Assembly (NCBI GenBank): GCA_964438075.1
Contig: CAYTIW010000007.1
Coordinates: 1 to 64,000 of the forward strand
Length of the DNA: 64,000 bases
Direction of reading: 5' to 3'
Source: an uncultured Planctomycetales bacterium
GTDB lineage: Bacteria; Omnitrophota; Gorgyraeia; Zapsychrales; Fredricksoniimonadaceae
Below, piece by piece: positions 40,185-50,324 of this stretch. The translations under genes were made by a program, and so were the position numbers. Position 1 is the stretch's first letter. Each line of letters starts with the position of its first letter. The notes under the pieces were generated by a model that ran no database searches, was not told the DNA's origin, and was given only the letters and a program-made list of their open reading frames with translations.

Positions 40185-41662
40185 TTAAGGGGTGACTTAA
40201 AATCTACTTTGTACAATTTTTGCATGTATAAATTAAGGCTTAGTTCAGGGGTATTGAAATCTTCATTCATGCGTTCACCGATCAAGGTCAGTTTATAGAA
40301 TTTATTCATGAAGCTATAGGAGAACGCTTCGTGTTCCGGGTCAAAGCCGCCGTTAGTATAATAGACCGGCACGCCCAGCAGTAGGTTTTTCTTCACTTCT
40401 TCCACAAATTTTCTGTAATTCTCCGGGGCCTCGACCGGGAACCATATCGTCCCCCGGCCAGAGTAGTAGGAAATGAAATACGATTCTTCCGCGCTCACGA
40501 CCACCGCGTTCTTTCCGGTGACCGTGCTTATATAATGTGCGAACTGTTTTTTGCCGTTATAGCGGTGCCTGAATTCCAGTATCGGGTACATGAAACAGAA
40601 CATGGTCAAGAGGCAGTAAAGGAGCAGGGCCACGGTTATCGGCCGGCTCGTCTCTGATATCAGGCGCAGCATGTAGGAAGCGGCGATGCAGAGGGGGACC
40701 GCAATGATATCCAGATGCCTGGCGGCATAACCGCTGGTGTTCCCGAAATAGAATAAAAGCATGGACCAGGTTATTATGACGCACCCTAAATAGATTCTGT
40801 GGTGGCGGAATATTTGATAAATCCCGGCGGCAGCCAGGGCGAAGAACAGAAGCGGAATCCCGTAGAAAAGGTGTTCTATGGCGATCGGCAGGACAAAAGA
40901 GTTCAGTCCCAGGAAAGAGACGACGAAGGTGCCTCGAGAGGTCAGCGTATTGAAGATCACCGGCCACAGGTATACCGCAAAAAGGATCATCGATCCGATG
41001 AGCAGGGGGGCCAGCCACGCTGCCAGCGCTTTGGGAGTGTTAAGCGGCCGGGCCTCTTTCATGCAGGGACCAACAGGGGAGGGAACAAAGAACATGGCTA
41101 TAAACAAAGGGAGGGTGACCAGGGCAGCTTCGCGCACCGATAAGGCGATCAAAAAGGCAATGCTGGACCAGCTCAGAAGTTGTGGCGAACCGGTATTCCG
41201 GCCCCGGCGCACCAGATAGAACGACAGGAGGATGAAGAACATGGCCAAGCCGTGTTCCTTGCCGAAAGTGTTGGGTATGAAATAGAACGGGATGAACGAG
41301 AACAGCAGAGCGCCGAAAAAGGCTTGGACGCTGTCCGAGAACAGTTCTTTAATCAAAAGGAACAGGGCGACCGCCGAAAGAGAATGAAAAAGCACGCCGG
41401 AAAATATGGTAACGAGTTCAGCATTGTGGCCGGAAAGATAAAAAGGGAGGTATAGCAAAGCGTTGATCAAGACCCAGCCGTAGCGGCCGTTGGCGGTCCC
41501 TGCAAGGACACCCTTCTGATACAGGTTTTCGACCGCTTGCGCCACAGCAATGCTGTCAAAATGGAATATCCCCTCATTGATCAAGCACAGTCCCGGAATG
41601 AGATTTAGCAGAAATATTACGGTGATAAAATAAAAATTCGGAGGCGTGACAATTCTGTTCAT
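40181..41662 (-). CDS. Polytopic membrane protein, GT-C-like (paralog 1)
   Basis: About 11 TM helices. Conserved block FHFDSIAVAQAVENLYQKG...FGALLFSFIPFYFIPNTFGKEHG shared with the neighbouring paralog. Soluble C-terminal ~130 aa. Confidence 0.4.
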   Translation of the reverse strand: MNRIVTPPNFYFITVIFLLNLIPGLCLINEGIFHFDSIAVAQAVENLYQKGVLAGTANGRYGWVLINALLYLPFYLSGHNAELVTIFSGVLFHSLSAVALFLLIKELFSDSVQAFFGALLFSFIPFYFIPNTFGKEHGLAMFFILLSFYLVRRGRNTGSPQLLSWSSIAFLIALSVREAALVTLPLFIAMFFVPSPVGPCMKEARPLNTPKALAAWLAPLLIGSMILFAVYLWPVIFNTLTSRGTFVVSFLGLNSFVLPIAIEHLFYGIPLLFFALAAAGIYQIFRHHRIYLGCVIITWSMLLFYFGNTSGYAARHLDIIAVPLCIAASYMLRLISETSRPITVALLLYCLLTMFCFMYPILEFRHRYNGKKQFAHYISTVTGKNAVVVSAEESYFISYYSGRGTIWFPVEAPENYRKFVEEVKKNLLLGVPVYYTNGGFDPEHEAFSYSFMNKFYKLTLIGERMNEDFNTPELSLNLYMQKLYKVDFKSPLK

Positions 41663-41759
41663 GATTGCATGTTTCTGCCTTTGGGCCTGCCAATAACCTG
41701 TCGGAGCGATCTTTGTCCGGCCTTTACCTCACGGGTCATTAAGAAATACAACACCGTCG

Positions 41760-43205
41760 CTATCGGTGGCTGACTTTATATAACTTTTGATAAGCAAAAC
41801 GGAACCGTAATTCAGGTCGAAGATAATCTTCAATCAGTATGCCGCCGATAAGTTTGATCCGGTAATACTGCTGTATCGTATAGAGAGAACTGGCTTCGTA
41901 ACCTTTAAGATAGGGCGAGTCGGTATAATAGACCGGTTTACCTTCTTTCAAGTGGCCTTCAACTTTATTAATAAAAATATTGATCGCTTCGGGGGAACCG
42001 TTTATTGGAAGCCAGGCAGTCTGCCGCTGGCCGTAATACTGGATAAAGGGGAACTGGTTCACGGTTATGATAAGTGCATCCGGTTCCGTACGAAATTTTA
42101 CATATTCCGCCAGCCGCTTTTCTCCATTGTAGCGGTGCCGGAAGGCCAGCATCGGATAGGAGTAGAGGAACATGCTGGCTACGCAGTAGATCACTAAGGA
42201 ACTGATCAATACTTTTGAACGGGGGTAAAGTTTAGCGAGAGGATAGGACGCAAACACATAAATGGGGATCAGGACCACATCCAAGAACCGGACAGCATAC
42301 CACTTGGTGCATCCATGTACCAGGATCAGCAACAGCCATAACAAGAAAAGCAGGGTCAGAAAGGGGGTCCCGCTCCTGGCCATGTTCCATATACCCAAAA
42401 GCATGAACACGAAGACCAGGAAGGGCATGCTCATTTGCAGGTCGCTTAAGGCTGGGAGGAGGGTCGGGCTGAGTATGCTGGTCAACTCTGCGCCCCGGGC
42501 TGATTGCAGTAGATAGCCCCATGCCATCACAGCCAGCGGGATCAATAGCGGGACAAAAAAGGCGATAAGCTTGACCGCTGAGAAACGTTTCAAAGGCATA
42601 ATGATCTTGAAGGGGCGCCATCCTATAGCTGGATTTAGGAACAGCAGTATGAACAACAGCAGGGTAGATAGTTGCGATTCCCGCACCGCTATAGATAAGA
42701 CATAACAAAGGCTGGCCAGTGCCAGCGTTAAAGGGCTGTCCTTTTCGACGCCGCGGTGAAGGATAATGAAAGATGTCAACAGTAAGAAGATGCCCATTCC
42801 GTGTTCTTTGCCGTATGTGTTGGGATTGAAATAGAGCGGCGTGAAGGATAGTAAAAGTGCCCCGAAAAAGGCCTGGACGCCGTCGCGGAACAGGTTTCTT
42901 ATTAAATAATAGAAAGCCACCACGGACAATGAATGGAAAAGGACGCTGGAGATGCGGGTCGCCAATTCGGCATTCTGCCCCAGAAGGTGGAACGGCCAGT
43001 AAAGAAGGGAATTGATGGCTACAGCGCCATAGCGGCCCAGTACCGCCGGCTGCAAGATCCCTGTCTGGTATGTGTGTTCGACCGCCATGGCCAGCGCCAC
43101 GCTGTCCATGTGGAAAAGACCTTCATTGATAAAAAGCAGGCCAACGATGAAATTGAGCAGGAATAATCCGGGAGGGACCAGCCGTGCTGCGCAGAACCGA
43201 CTCAT
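41760..43205 (-). CDS. Polytopic membrane protein, GT-C-like (paralog 2)
   Basis: Collinear with paralog 1 (FHMDSVALAMAVEHTYQTG...FGALLLSFTPLYFNPNTYGKEHG). Confidence 0.4.
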   Translation of the reverse strand: MSRFCAARLVPPGLFLLNFIVGLLFINEGLFHMDSVALAMAVEHTYQTGILQPAVLGRYGAVAINSLLYWPFHLLGQNAELATRISSVLFHSLSVVAFYYLIRNLFRDGVQAFFGALLLSFTPLYFNPNTYGKEHGMGIFLLLTSFIILHRGVEKDSPLTLALASLCYVLSIAVRESQLSTLLLFILLFLNPAIGWRPFKIIMPLKRFSAVKLIAFFVPLLIPLAVMAWGYLLQSARGAELTSILSPTLLPALSDLQMSMPFLVFVFMLLGIWNMARSGTPFLTLLFLLWLLLILVHGCTKWYAVRFLDVVLIPIYVFASYPLAKLYPRSKVLISSLVIYCVASMFLYSYPMLAFRHRYNGEKRLAEYVKFRTEPDALIITVNQFPFIQYYGQRQTAWLPINGSPEAINIFINKVEGHLKEGKPVYYTDSPYLKGYEASSLYTIQQYYRIKLIGGILIEDYLRPELRFRFAYQKLYKVSHR

Positions 43206-43463
43206 AATTTCCGCTCCATTTTTGTCTTCCCCTTCTGCAGGTTTGAATTATTCAATAATCCTAACGGGCAAACAGATATTTTTCAATAACAACATTACCG
43301 AATAAGAGTGACAATCGTTCTAAAGTGTATAAAGCCCATTGACGCCCTGGGACGAATTACTTATAATTCAAACTTCACTCGTGATACAGGGGACAGCAAA
43401 AATCGGCGGCACATTTACTTTTCATCTCTAAGCCGGACTGGCAAGGACTTGTCAGCATGTCCT

Positions 43464-46178
43464 GGGAGGAAATGGATGGAATTCGATAAGAACAGGTTCA
43501 TTAAGCAGATCGTCATATCGGGAAAGAAATATACTGTCTACAGCCTTCCGGCCTTGGCCAAAGCCGGTTTTGGTGATCCAGCCGTATTGCCTTTTTCTAT
43601 CCGCATATTGTTGGAGAGTGCCTTGAGGAATTTCGACAATTACCAGATCAGTATGGATGATATCAAGACATTAGCCGGCTGGAAGCCGAAGAATATGCTC
43701 GCCGAGGTCGCGTTCAAGCCGGGACGCGTGATCCTGCAGGATTTTACCGGGGTACCTTGCGTGGTCGATCTGGCGGCCATGAGATCGGCCATGAAGAAGA
43801 TGGGCGGTGATGTGAAAAGGATCAATCCCCAGGTCCCCTGCGATCTGGTGGTCGATCATTCATTGCAAGTCGACGCGTTTGGTTCAACCGATTCTTTCAG
43901 CAGGAACGTGGCTCTGGAGTTCAAACGCAACAAGGAACGCTACCAGTTCCTGAAATGGGGGCAGGCTGCCTTTGCCAATTTCCGCGTCATCCCGCCGGCC
44001 ACCGGCATAATCCATCAGGTTAACCTCGAATATCTGGCATCCGGGGTACTGCAAAAAAGGGTTCCGGGCCAGCCGACAGTATTATTTCCCGATTCACTGG
44101 TCGGGACCGACAGCCATACGACCATGATAAACGGGTTAGGCATAGTCGGTTGGGGAGTAGGGGGCATTGAGGCTGAATCGGTCATGCTAGGAGAGCCTCT
44201 TAATATGGTCATGCCTGAGGTCATCGGTGTCCGTGTCAGCGGGAAAATGAACGAGGGCGTGACCGCCTCGGACGTGGTCCTGACCGTGGTCCAGCTTTTG
44301 CGCAAGCGCGGGGTCGTGGACAAATTTGTTGAATTCTTCGGTCCCGGCATACAGAACCTCAGTCTGGCTGACCGCGCCACCATATCCAATATGTGCCCGG
44401 AATATGGGGCCACGCTCGGCATATTCCCGGTCGATAAGACCACCATCGATTATTACCGTATGACCGGACGCGCCAAGGAGGCCAAGCTGGTCGAGAGATA
44501 TTATAAAGCGCAAGGTCTTTTCGACCCGTACCGGAAAGCCGAGCCTGAATTCACTGACGTCCTGACATTGGATCTGGGAACTATTGAACCGTGCCTGGCC
44601 GGTCCGAAACGTCCCCAGGACAGGGTTAGACTGGCGGACCTGAAGGAAACTTTCACCTCCGCTTTGACTGCGCCGTTAGGGCATAACGGGTTCGGTCTGG
44701 CACCGGCTGACCTGGAAAGAACTGAACCGGTGGCTAGGACGTCTGAATCTATAACCCACGGCAGTGTTGTATTAGCGGCTATCACCAGTTGCACCAACAC
44801 CTCCAATCCATATGTTCTGATCGGGGCCGGACTGCTGGCGCAAAAAGCGGTTCAGAAAGGCCTCAAAGTGAAAAGTTTCGTGAAGACTTCGCTTACCCCC
44901 GGCTCTCAAGTGGTGGATGAATATCTCCGGCGTGCCGGGCTCATGCAAGGCCTGGAGGCGCTAGGGTTCCATAATGTAGGTTACGGCTGCGCCACTTGTA
45001 TCGGTAATAGCGGACCGTTGCCGGAACCAGTGTCAGCCGCTATCGAGAAGGGCGGATTGATCGCAGCCAGCGTCACTTCGGGGAACCGCAATTTTGAAGG
45101 ACGTATCAACCCGCACGTAAAGGCCAACTATCTGGCTTCTCCTATGCTGGTAGTGGCCTATGCCATCGCCGGAACGGTCAGGAAGAACCTTTTTGACGAG
45201 CCGATCGGGCAGGACCGGCACGGCAATGACGTCTATTTGAACGATATCTGGCCTCGGCAGAAGGAGATCGATTCGGTCATAAAGAAGTTCGTTACCGCGA
45301 AAGTATTTTCCGGCAAATACAGGAACGCGGCCAGGGGGAACCCGAACTGGCGCGCGATCAAGCCCCCGAAAAGCGAGCTTTACCGCTGGAACCCGAAGAG
45401 CACTTATATACAACATCCGCCTTATTTTGAAACTATCACCGGGAAACTGCTGGCCCTTGAAGACATCAAAGGCTCCCGGGTATTGGTCATGCTGGGCGAC
45501 TCGATAACTACCGACCATATCTCTCCGGCAGGGAACATTTCTCCCGCCAGTCCGGCCGGTGAATATCTGACCAGCCTGGGTATTGAGCGTAAGGATTTCA
45601 ACAGCTACGGTTCCCGCAGGGGGAATGACCGGGTCATGGCCCGCGGCACGTTCGCCAATATCCGTCTGCGTAACCTCCTGGCGCCCGGAACGGAAGGGTC
45701 GTTCACTACCTATTTCCCGACCGGTGAGAAATTGAGCATCTTTGAAGCCTCCTGCCGCTATAAAAGTTCAGGCATCCCGCTGATCGGGATAGCTGGCAAG
45801 GAGTACGGGACAGGATCAAGCCGGGACTGGGCAGCCAAAGGGCCGGCCCTTCTTGGTATCCGCGTGGTCATAGCGGAAACATTCGAGCGTATACACCGTA
45901 GCAACCTGGCGGGGATGGGCATATTGCCGCTGCAGTTCAGACCGGGGGAGAACGCCGGTAGCCTCGGATTGACCGGCGCCGAATTATACGATTTTATCGG
46001 GCTTTCGGAGAAACTGCGTCCGCGTCAAGAGATAAGCGTTGTAGCCTCTGCCCCGGACGGTACGCAAAGAAACTTCAGTGCCATAGTCAGGCTGGACACC
46101 CCGGTGGAGATAGATTATTACCGTAACGGCGGCATACTGCCGGCCGTCCTCCGGAAAATTGCATGTAAGCCTGATTGA
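43464..46178 (+). CDS. acnA: Aconitate hydratase A
   Basis: Full-length aconitase with the Fe-S cluster cysteines. The ORF is open from 43308, but [10 protein letters not shown] at 43464 gives the expected ~904-aa length. Confidence 0.85.
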   Translation, partial: GRKWMEFDKNRFIKQIVISGKKYTVYSLPALAKAGFGDPAVLPFSIRILLESALRNFDNYQISMDDIKTLAGWKPKNMLAEVAFKPGRVILQDFTGVPCVVDLAAMRSAMKKMGGDVKRINPQVPCDLVVDHSLQVDAFGSTDSFSRNVALEFKRNKERYQFLKWGQAAFANFRVIPPATGIIHQVNLEYLASGVLQKRVPGQPTVLFPDSLVGTDSHTTMINGLGIVGWGVGGIEAESVMLGEPLNMVMPEVIGVRVSGKMNEGVTASDVVLTVVQLLRKRGVVDKFVEFFGPGIQNLSLADRATISNMCPEYGATLGIFPVDKTTIDYYRMTGRAKEAKLVERYYKAQGLFDPYRKAEPEFTDVLTLDLGTIEPCLAGPKRPQDRVRLADLKETFTSALTAPLGHNGFGLAPADLERTEPVARTSESITHGSVVLAAITSCTNTSNPYVLIGAGLLAQKAVQKGLKVKSFVKTSLTPGSQVVDEYLRRAGLMQGLEALGFHNVGYGCATCIGNSGPLPEPVSAAIEKGGLIAASVTSGNRNFEGRINPHVKANYLASPMLVVAYAIAGTVRKNLFDEPIGQDRHGNDVYLNDIWPRQKEIDSVIKKFVTAKVFSGKYRNAARGNPNWRAIKPPKSELYRWNPKSTYIQHPPYFETITGKLLALEDIKGSRVLVMLGDSITTDHISPAGNISPASPAGEYLTSLGIERKDFNSYGSRRGNDRVMARGTFANIRLRNLLAPGTEGSFTTYFPTGEKLSIFEASCRYKSSGIPLIGIAGKEYGTGSSRDWAAKGPALLGIRVVIAETFERIHRSNLAGMGILPLQFRPGENAGSLGLTGAELYDFIGLSEKLRPRQEISVVASAPDGTQRNFSAIVRLDTPVEIDYYRNGGILPAVLRKIACKPD

Positions 46179-46230
46179 CACTTCCGACGGCAGTCCCTAT
46201 AATAGGCCGCGGATGCAGATCGGAGATGTG

Positions 46231-47640
46231 ATGGGCAAAACCATGTATGAGAAAATATGGGATGCACACCTGGTCCACGAGGGGCAGGGGACCGTGTCCA
46301 TACTTTACGTTGACCGCCAGCTTGTGCATGAAGTTACCAGTCCGCAGGCGTTCGAAGGCCTGCGCCTGGCCAAACGCAAGGTACGATGCCCGCACAAGAC
46401 CTTTGCCACCATGGACCACAATGTCCCTACTCGGAGCAAGGATATCTCGCTGGCCAAGGACATATCGCGCGTCCAGATGGACCAGCTTCAAAAGAATTGC
46501 GCCGAGTTCGGTATTAGATGTTTCGACTTCATGGACGACGACCAAGGCGTTGTGCATATAATCGGGCCCGAGATGGGGATCACCCAGCCGGGCATGGTCA
46601 TAGTTTGCGGAGACTCCCACACCGCGACCCACGGCGCATTCGGTGCCATTGCCTTTGGTATCGGGACATCGGAAGTCGAGCATGTCCTGGTCACGCAGAC
46701 ACTGCAACAGCGAAGATCCAAGACCATGCTCATTACGATCGATGGCAAACTGGACAAAGAGGTCGCCCCCAAGGACGTGATCCTTTATATCATCGGCCAG
46801 ATAGGCACGGCCGGAGCGACGGGCTATGTTATCGAATACGCCGGGTCGGCCATACGCGATATGTCCATGGAAGGCCGTATGACAATATGCAATATGTCGA
46901 TAGAGGCTGGCGCCCGTGCCGGCATGATAGCCCCTGACGACACCACATTCACCTATCTTCAGGGACGCGATTATGCCCCCAAAGGCGAGCAGTGGGTCAA
47001 GGCGGTCGCTTACTGGAAGACGCTGAAAAGCGATCCTGATGCCAAATTTGATAAAGTGATCAAGATCAAGGCCAAGGATATCGAGCCTCAGGTAACTTGG
47101 GGAACCAGTCCTGGACAGGTAACCTCAGTTAACGGGGTCGTTCCTGATCCTGATAATATCAAGGACCCGGTCGCCCAGAAGGCAGCTAAAGCCGCTTTAA
47201 AATATATGGAACTGGTGCCCGGCACCAAAATAACGGATATTAAGATAGACATGGTCTTTATCGGTTCTTGTACCAACGGTCGCATTGAGGACCTGCGGGC
47301 CGCTGCCATGGTGGCAAAAGGCAAGAAGGTCGCGAAGTCGGTGCAGGCCATAGTGGTGCCAGGCTCTAACAGGGTCAAGCGCCAGGCAGAAAAGGAAGGT
47401 CTGGATAAAATATTCATTGGTGCCGGCTTTGAATGGCGGTATGCCGGTTGCTCGATGTGTCTGGCCATGAACGATGACCAGTTGAAGCCCGGCCAGCGCT
47501 GTGCTTCGACATCGAACCGTAATTTTGAGGGACGGCAAGGTCCCGGAGGCCGCACGCACTTGGTGAGCCCGGAAATTGCCGCTGCTAGCGCGATAACCGG
47601 CCGCATAACTGATATCAGGACTTTCTTGGAAAAGAAATGA
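46231..47640 (+). CDS. leuC: 3-isopropylmalate dehydratase large subunit
   Basis: [16 protein letters not shown]-terminus and aconitase-family cysteines (GSCTNGR..., CSMC). GGAG RBS before 46231. Confidence 0.85.
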   Translation: MGKTMYEKIWDAHLVHEGQGTVSILYVDRQLVHEVTSPQAFEGLRLAKRKVRCPHKTFATMDHNVPTRSKDISLAKDISRVQMDQLQKNCAEFGIRCFDFMDDDQGVVHIIGPEMGITQPGMVIVCGDSHTATHGAFGAIAFGIGTSEVEHVLVTQTLQQRRSKTMLITIDGKLDKEVAPKDVILYIIGQIGTAGATGYVIEYAGSAIRDMSMEGRMTICNMSIEAGARAGMIAPDDTTFTYLQGRDYAPKGEQWVKAVAYWKTLKSDPDAKFDKVIKIKAKDIEPQVTWGTSPGQVTSVNGVVPDPDNIKDPVAQKAAKAALKYMELVPGTKITDIKIDMVFIGSCTNGRIEDLRAAAMVAKGKKVAKSVQAIVVPGSNRVKRQAEKEGLDKIFIGAGFEWRYAGCSMCLAMNDDQLKPGQRCASTSNRNFEGRQGPGGRTHLVSPEIAAASAITGRITDIRTFLEKK

Positions 47641-47709
47641 TCGACAGGTTCTGCCATTTCCATAAAGGTCGAACCTATTTCTTGTAACCTTCGTCCCTCG
47701 GGGAAAAAT

Positions 47710-48321
47710 ATGGACCCGTTCACTACTTTAACCGGCATAGCAGTTCCGTTGGACCGCTCCAACGTAGATACCGACGCCATCATACCCAAACAATTCCTGC
47801 GCAAGATCGAGCGGACCGGTTTCGGCAAGCACCTTTTCCACGAATGGCGTTACACGGATTATGAGGGCACAAAGGAAGACCCCGAGTTCATCCTGAACAA
47901 GGAACCTTACCGCAAGGCGACTATACTGCTGGCCAGAGATAATTTCGGCTGTGGTTCATCGCGCGAACATGCGCCTTGGGCGCTCTACGATTTTGGTTTC
48001 CGTTGCATAATAGCCCCAAGTTTTGCGGATATTTTCTATAACAATTGCATTAATAACGGGATACTTCTGGTGCGTTTAAAACCCGATGAGGTCGATGAGC
48101 TTTTTGCCGTTGCCGCCTTCGGCGCTTCAGGTCGCATAGCCGTGGACCTGGACAAACAGGTCGTCGCCGCGGCAGGGAAGAAGTATGCTTTTACTATTGA
48201 CCCTTTTCACAAAGAATGCTTGTTAAAAGGATTGGACCAGATCGGTTGGACCATGCAATTCATAACTCAGATCGACGCCTTTGAAAAGAAGCTGGCGGCG
48301 GAGAAGCCCTGGCTGGCCTGA
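47710..48321 (+). CDS. leuD: 3-isopropylmalate dehydratase small subunit
   Basis: Aconitase swivel domain. Follows leuC. Confidence 0.8.
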   Translation: MDPFTTLTGIAVPLDRSNVDTDAIIPKQFLRKIERTGFGKHLFHEWRYTDYEGTKEDPEFILNKEPYRKATILLARDNFGCGSSREHAPWALYDFGFRCIIAPSFADIFYNNCINNGILLVRLKPDEVDELFAVAAFGASGRIAVDLDKQVVAAAGKKYAFTIDPFHKECLLKGLDQIGWTMQFITQIDAFEKKLAAEKPWLA

Positions 48322-48362
48322 ATATCGCCATATCTAGCTGGAAAAGAAAGAAGGATGTGCAG

Positions 48363-49427
48363 ATGGCCGGGAATATATTTGGCGAAATCTTTCGCGTCAT
48401 GACCTTTGGCGAAAGCCATGGTGCTGCCATCGGCTGCGTGATCGACGGGGTGCCGCCCGGTATCGAGCTCTCGCAAAGTGATATCCAAAAGGATCTGGAC
48501 CGCCGCAAGCCGGGACAGAGCGAGGTGACCACCCAGCGCAAAGAAAGCGATACTGTGGAGCTATTGTCAGGGGTGTTCGAGGGCAAGACCACCGGGGCCC
48601 CTCTTGCGCTTTTACTTCGTAACAGCGACCATAGATCAGAGGATTATACGGCCTTACAGGAAGTTTTCCGGCCTGGCCACGCGGATCAAGGATATCACCA
48701 GAAATTCGGTATCCGTGACCACCGCGGAGGCGGGCGTTCTTCGGGGAGGGAGACCGCGGCCCGTGTGGCGGCCGGAGCCGTGGCAAAAAAGATACTGGAT
48801 TCCTACGGCGTACGAATAACGGCCTATTCGCTGGCCATCGCGGATGTTCGCGCCACCACCATAGACCTGAGCGTGATCGAGAATAATATCGTCAGGGCTC
48901 CAGATATGCTGGCAGCCCAAGAAATGGTCAAGCGTGTCAATCAGGCGCAGGCGGCAGGCGATTCTGTCGGCGGGATAATCGAGACCGTTGTCAACGGCTG
49001 TCCGGCCGGCCTGGGGGATCCCGTGTTCGACAAACTTGAAGCTAAGCTGTCCCATGCCGTGATGTCGATAGGGGCAGTTAAAGGGATCGAGTTCGGGGCC
49101 GGGTTTGCCGTGGCCCAAATGAACGGGTCCCTCAACAACGATGAAATCGCGGTGGAATCCGGCAGTATAAAAACCCGCCACAATTTCGCCGGTGGGATAT
49201 CCGGCGGGATCTCCAACGGAGAGCCCATTGTATTCCGCCTGGCAGTAAAACCGCCATCTTCCATTGCCAAGAGACAAAAAGCCGCTACTAAAGATATGCA
49301 GCTGGCTGAAATAGAGATCAAAGGCCGTCACGACCCGTGCCTGTGTCCCCGCATCGTTCCTGTTGTCGAGGCCATGACAGCGCTGGTCCTGATGGACGCT
49401 ATTCTTCTGCAAAAGACCATCCACTGA
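48363..49427 (+). CDS. aroC: Chorismate synthase
   Basis: MAGNIFGEIFRVMTFGESHG N-terminus. Full-length AroC. Confidence 0.85.
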   Translation: MAGNIFGEIFRVMTFGESHGAAIGCVIDGVPPGIELSQSDIQKDLDRRKPGQSEVTTQRKESDTVELLSGVFEGKTTGAPLALLLRNSDHRSEDYTALQEVFRPGHADQGYHQKFGIRDHRGGGRSSGRETAARVAAGAVAKKILDSYGVRITAYSLAIADVRATTIDLSVIENNIVRAPDMLAAQEMVKRVNQAQAAGDSVGGIIETVVNGCPAGLGDPVFDKLEAKLSHAVMSIGAVKGIEFGAGFAVAQMNGSLNNDEIAVESGSIKTRHNFAGGISGGISNGEPIVFRLAVKPPSSIAKRQKAATKDMQLAEIEIKGRHDPCLCPRIVPVVEAMTALVLMDAILLQKTIH

Positions 49428-49436
49428 TCTAAGGCT

Positions 49437-50324
49437 ATGGGAGATAACCCCAGCCCCAAAGTGATCCTTATCACCGGTTCTTCGAGCGGTTTCGGGTATT
49501 TCTCGGCCATCCGCCTCGCAGAGGCCGGGCATATTGTTTACGCCACTATGCGCGATACCTCCCGGGGTGAATTGCTGCGTTGCGAGGCGGTCAAGATGAA
49601 CTGTGCGCCGCGCATGCATATTTTGCCTCTTGACGTTACAAAACCAGAGACTATTAGAACCACCATCAAGGATATCGTCGCAGCGGAAGGGGTCATCGAT
49701 GTGCTGGTAAATAATGCTGGTTTCGGCGTGGGAGGTTTCTTTGAAGACCTTTCACTGGATGATTTCCAGCAGCAGTTCGATGTCAATTTTTTCGGGGCCC
49801 TTAATGTTACCAGGGAGGTGGTCCCGGTCATGAGGCCGCGGCGCAAGGGGAAAATAATCAACATCTCCAGCATGGCCGCATTTGCTGGAATGCCATGTTT
49901 CAGCGCTTACTGTTCGAGCAAATGGGCCTTGGAAGGTTTTTCGGAGTGCCTGTACATGGAATTGAAGCCTTTCGGTATCCATGTGGTCCTGGTCGAGCCG
50001 GGAAGCTACCGGACGAGAATATTCGAAGAGAATGCCCGCTATGCCAAGAGATTTGCCGATCCTGGCAGCCCGTATTATGAAGCCAGTCAACATCTCAAAA
50101 AGTACGTATTGGAGAGTATAAAACAAAATAGCCGCGACCCGGACGAAGTAGCCAGGGTAGTTAAAAAGATCGTTGGCCAAAATGATCCTGCTTTCAGGAA
50201 TATAGTAGGATGGGACAATAAGCTTAAAGCCCTCGGCTTACGTATCCGACCGGTCCCGTTCAAGCTTCACGCTGACCTGGTCAATCTGGCGCTTATTCCT
50301 CCATCCGACCAAAAGCATGCTTAA
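49437..50324 (+). CDS. Short-chain dehydrogenase/reductase (SDR)
   Basis: ILITGSSSGFGY Rossmann motif. Y..K active-site region (YCSSK). Confidence 0.75.
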   Translation: MGDNPSPKVILITGSSSGFGYFSAIRLAEAGHIVYATMRDTSRGELLRCEAVKMNCAPRMHILPLDVTKPETIRTTIKDIVAAEGVIDVLVNNAGFGVGGFFEDLSLDDFQQQFDVNFFGALNVTREVVPVMRPRRKGKIINISSMAAFAGMPCFSAYCSSKWALEGFSECLYMELKPFGIHVVLVEPGSYRTRIFEENARYAKRFADPGSPYYEASQHLKKYVLESIKQNSRDPDEVARVVKKIVGQNDPAFRNIVGWDNKLKALGLRIRPVPFKLHADLVNLALIPPSDQKHA

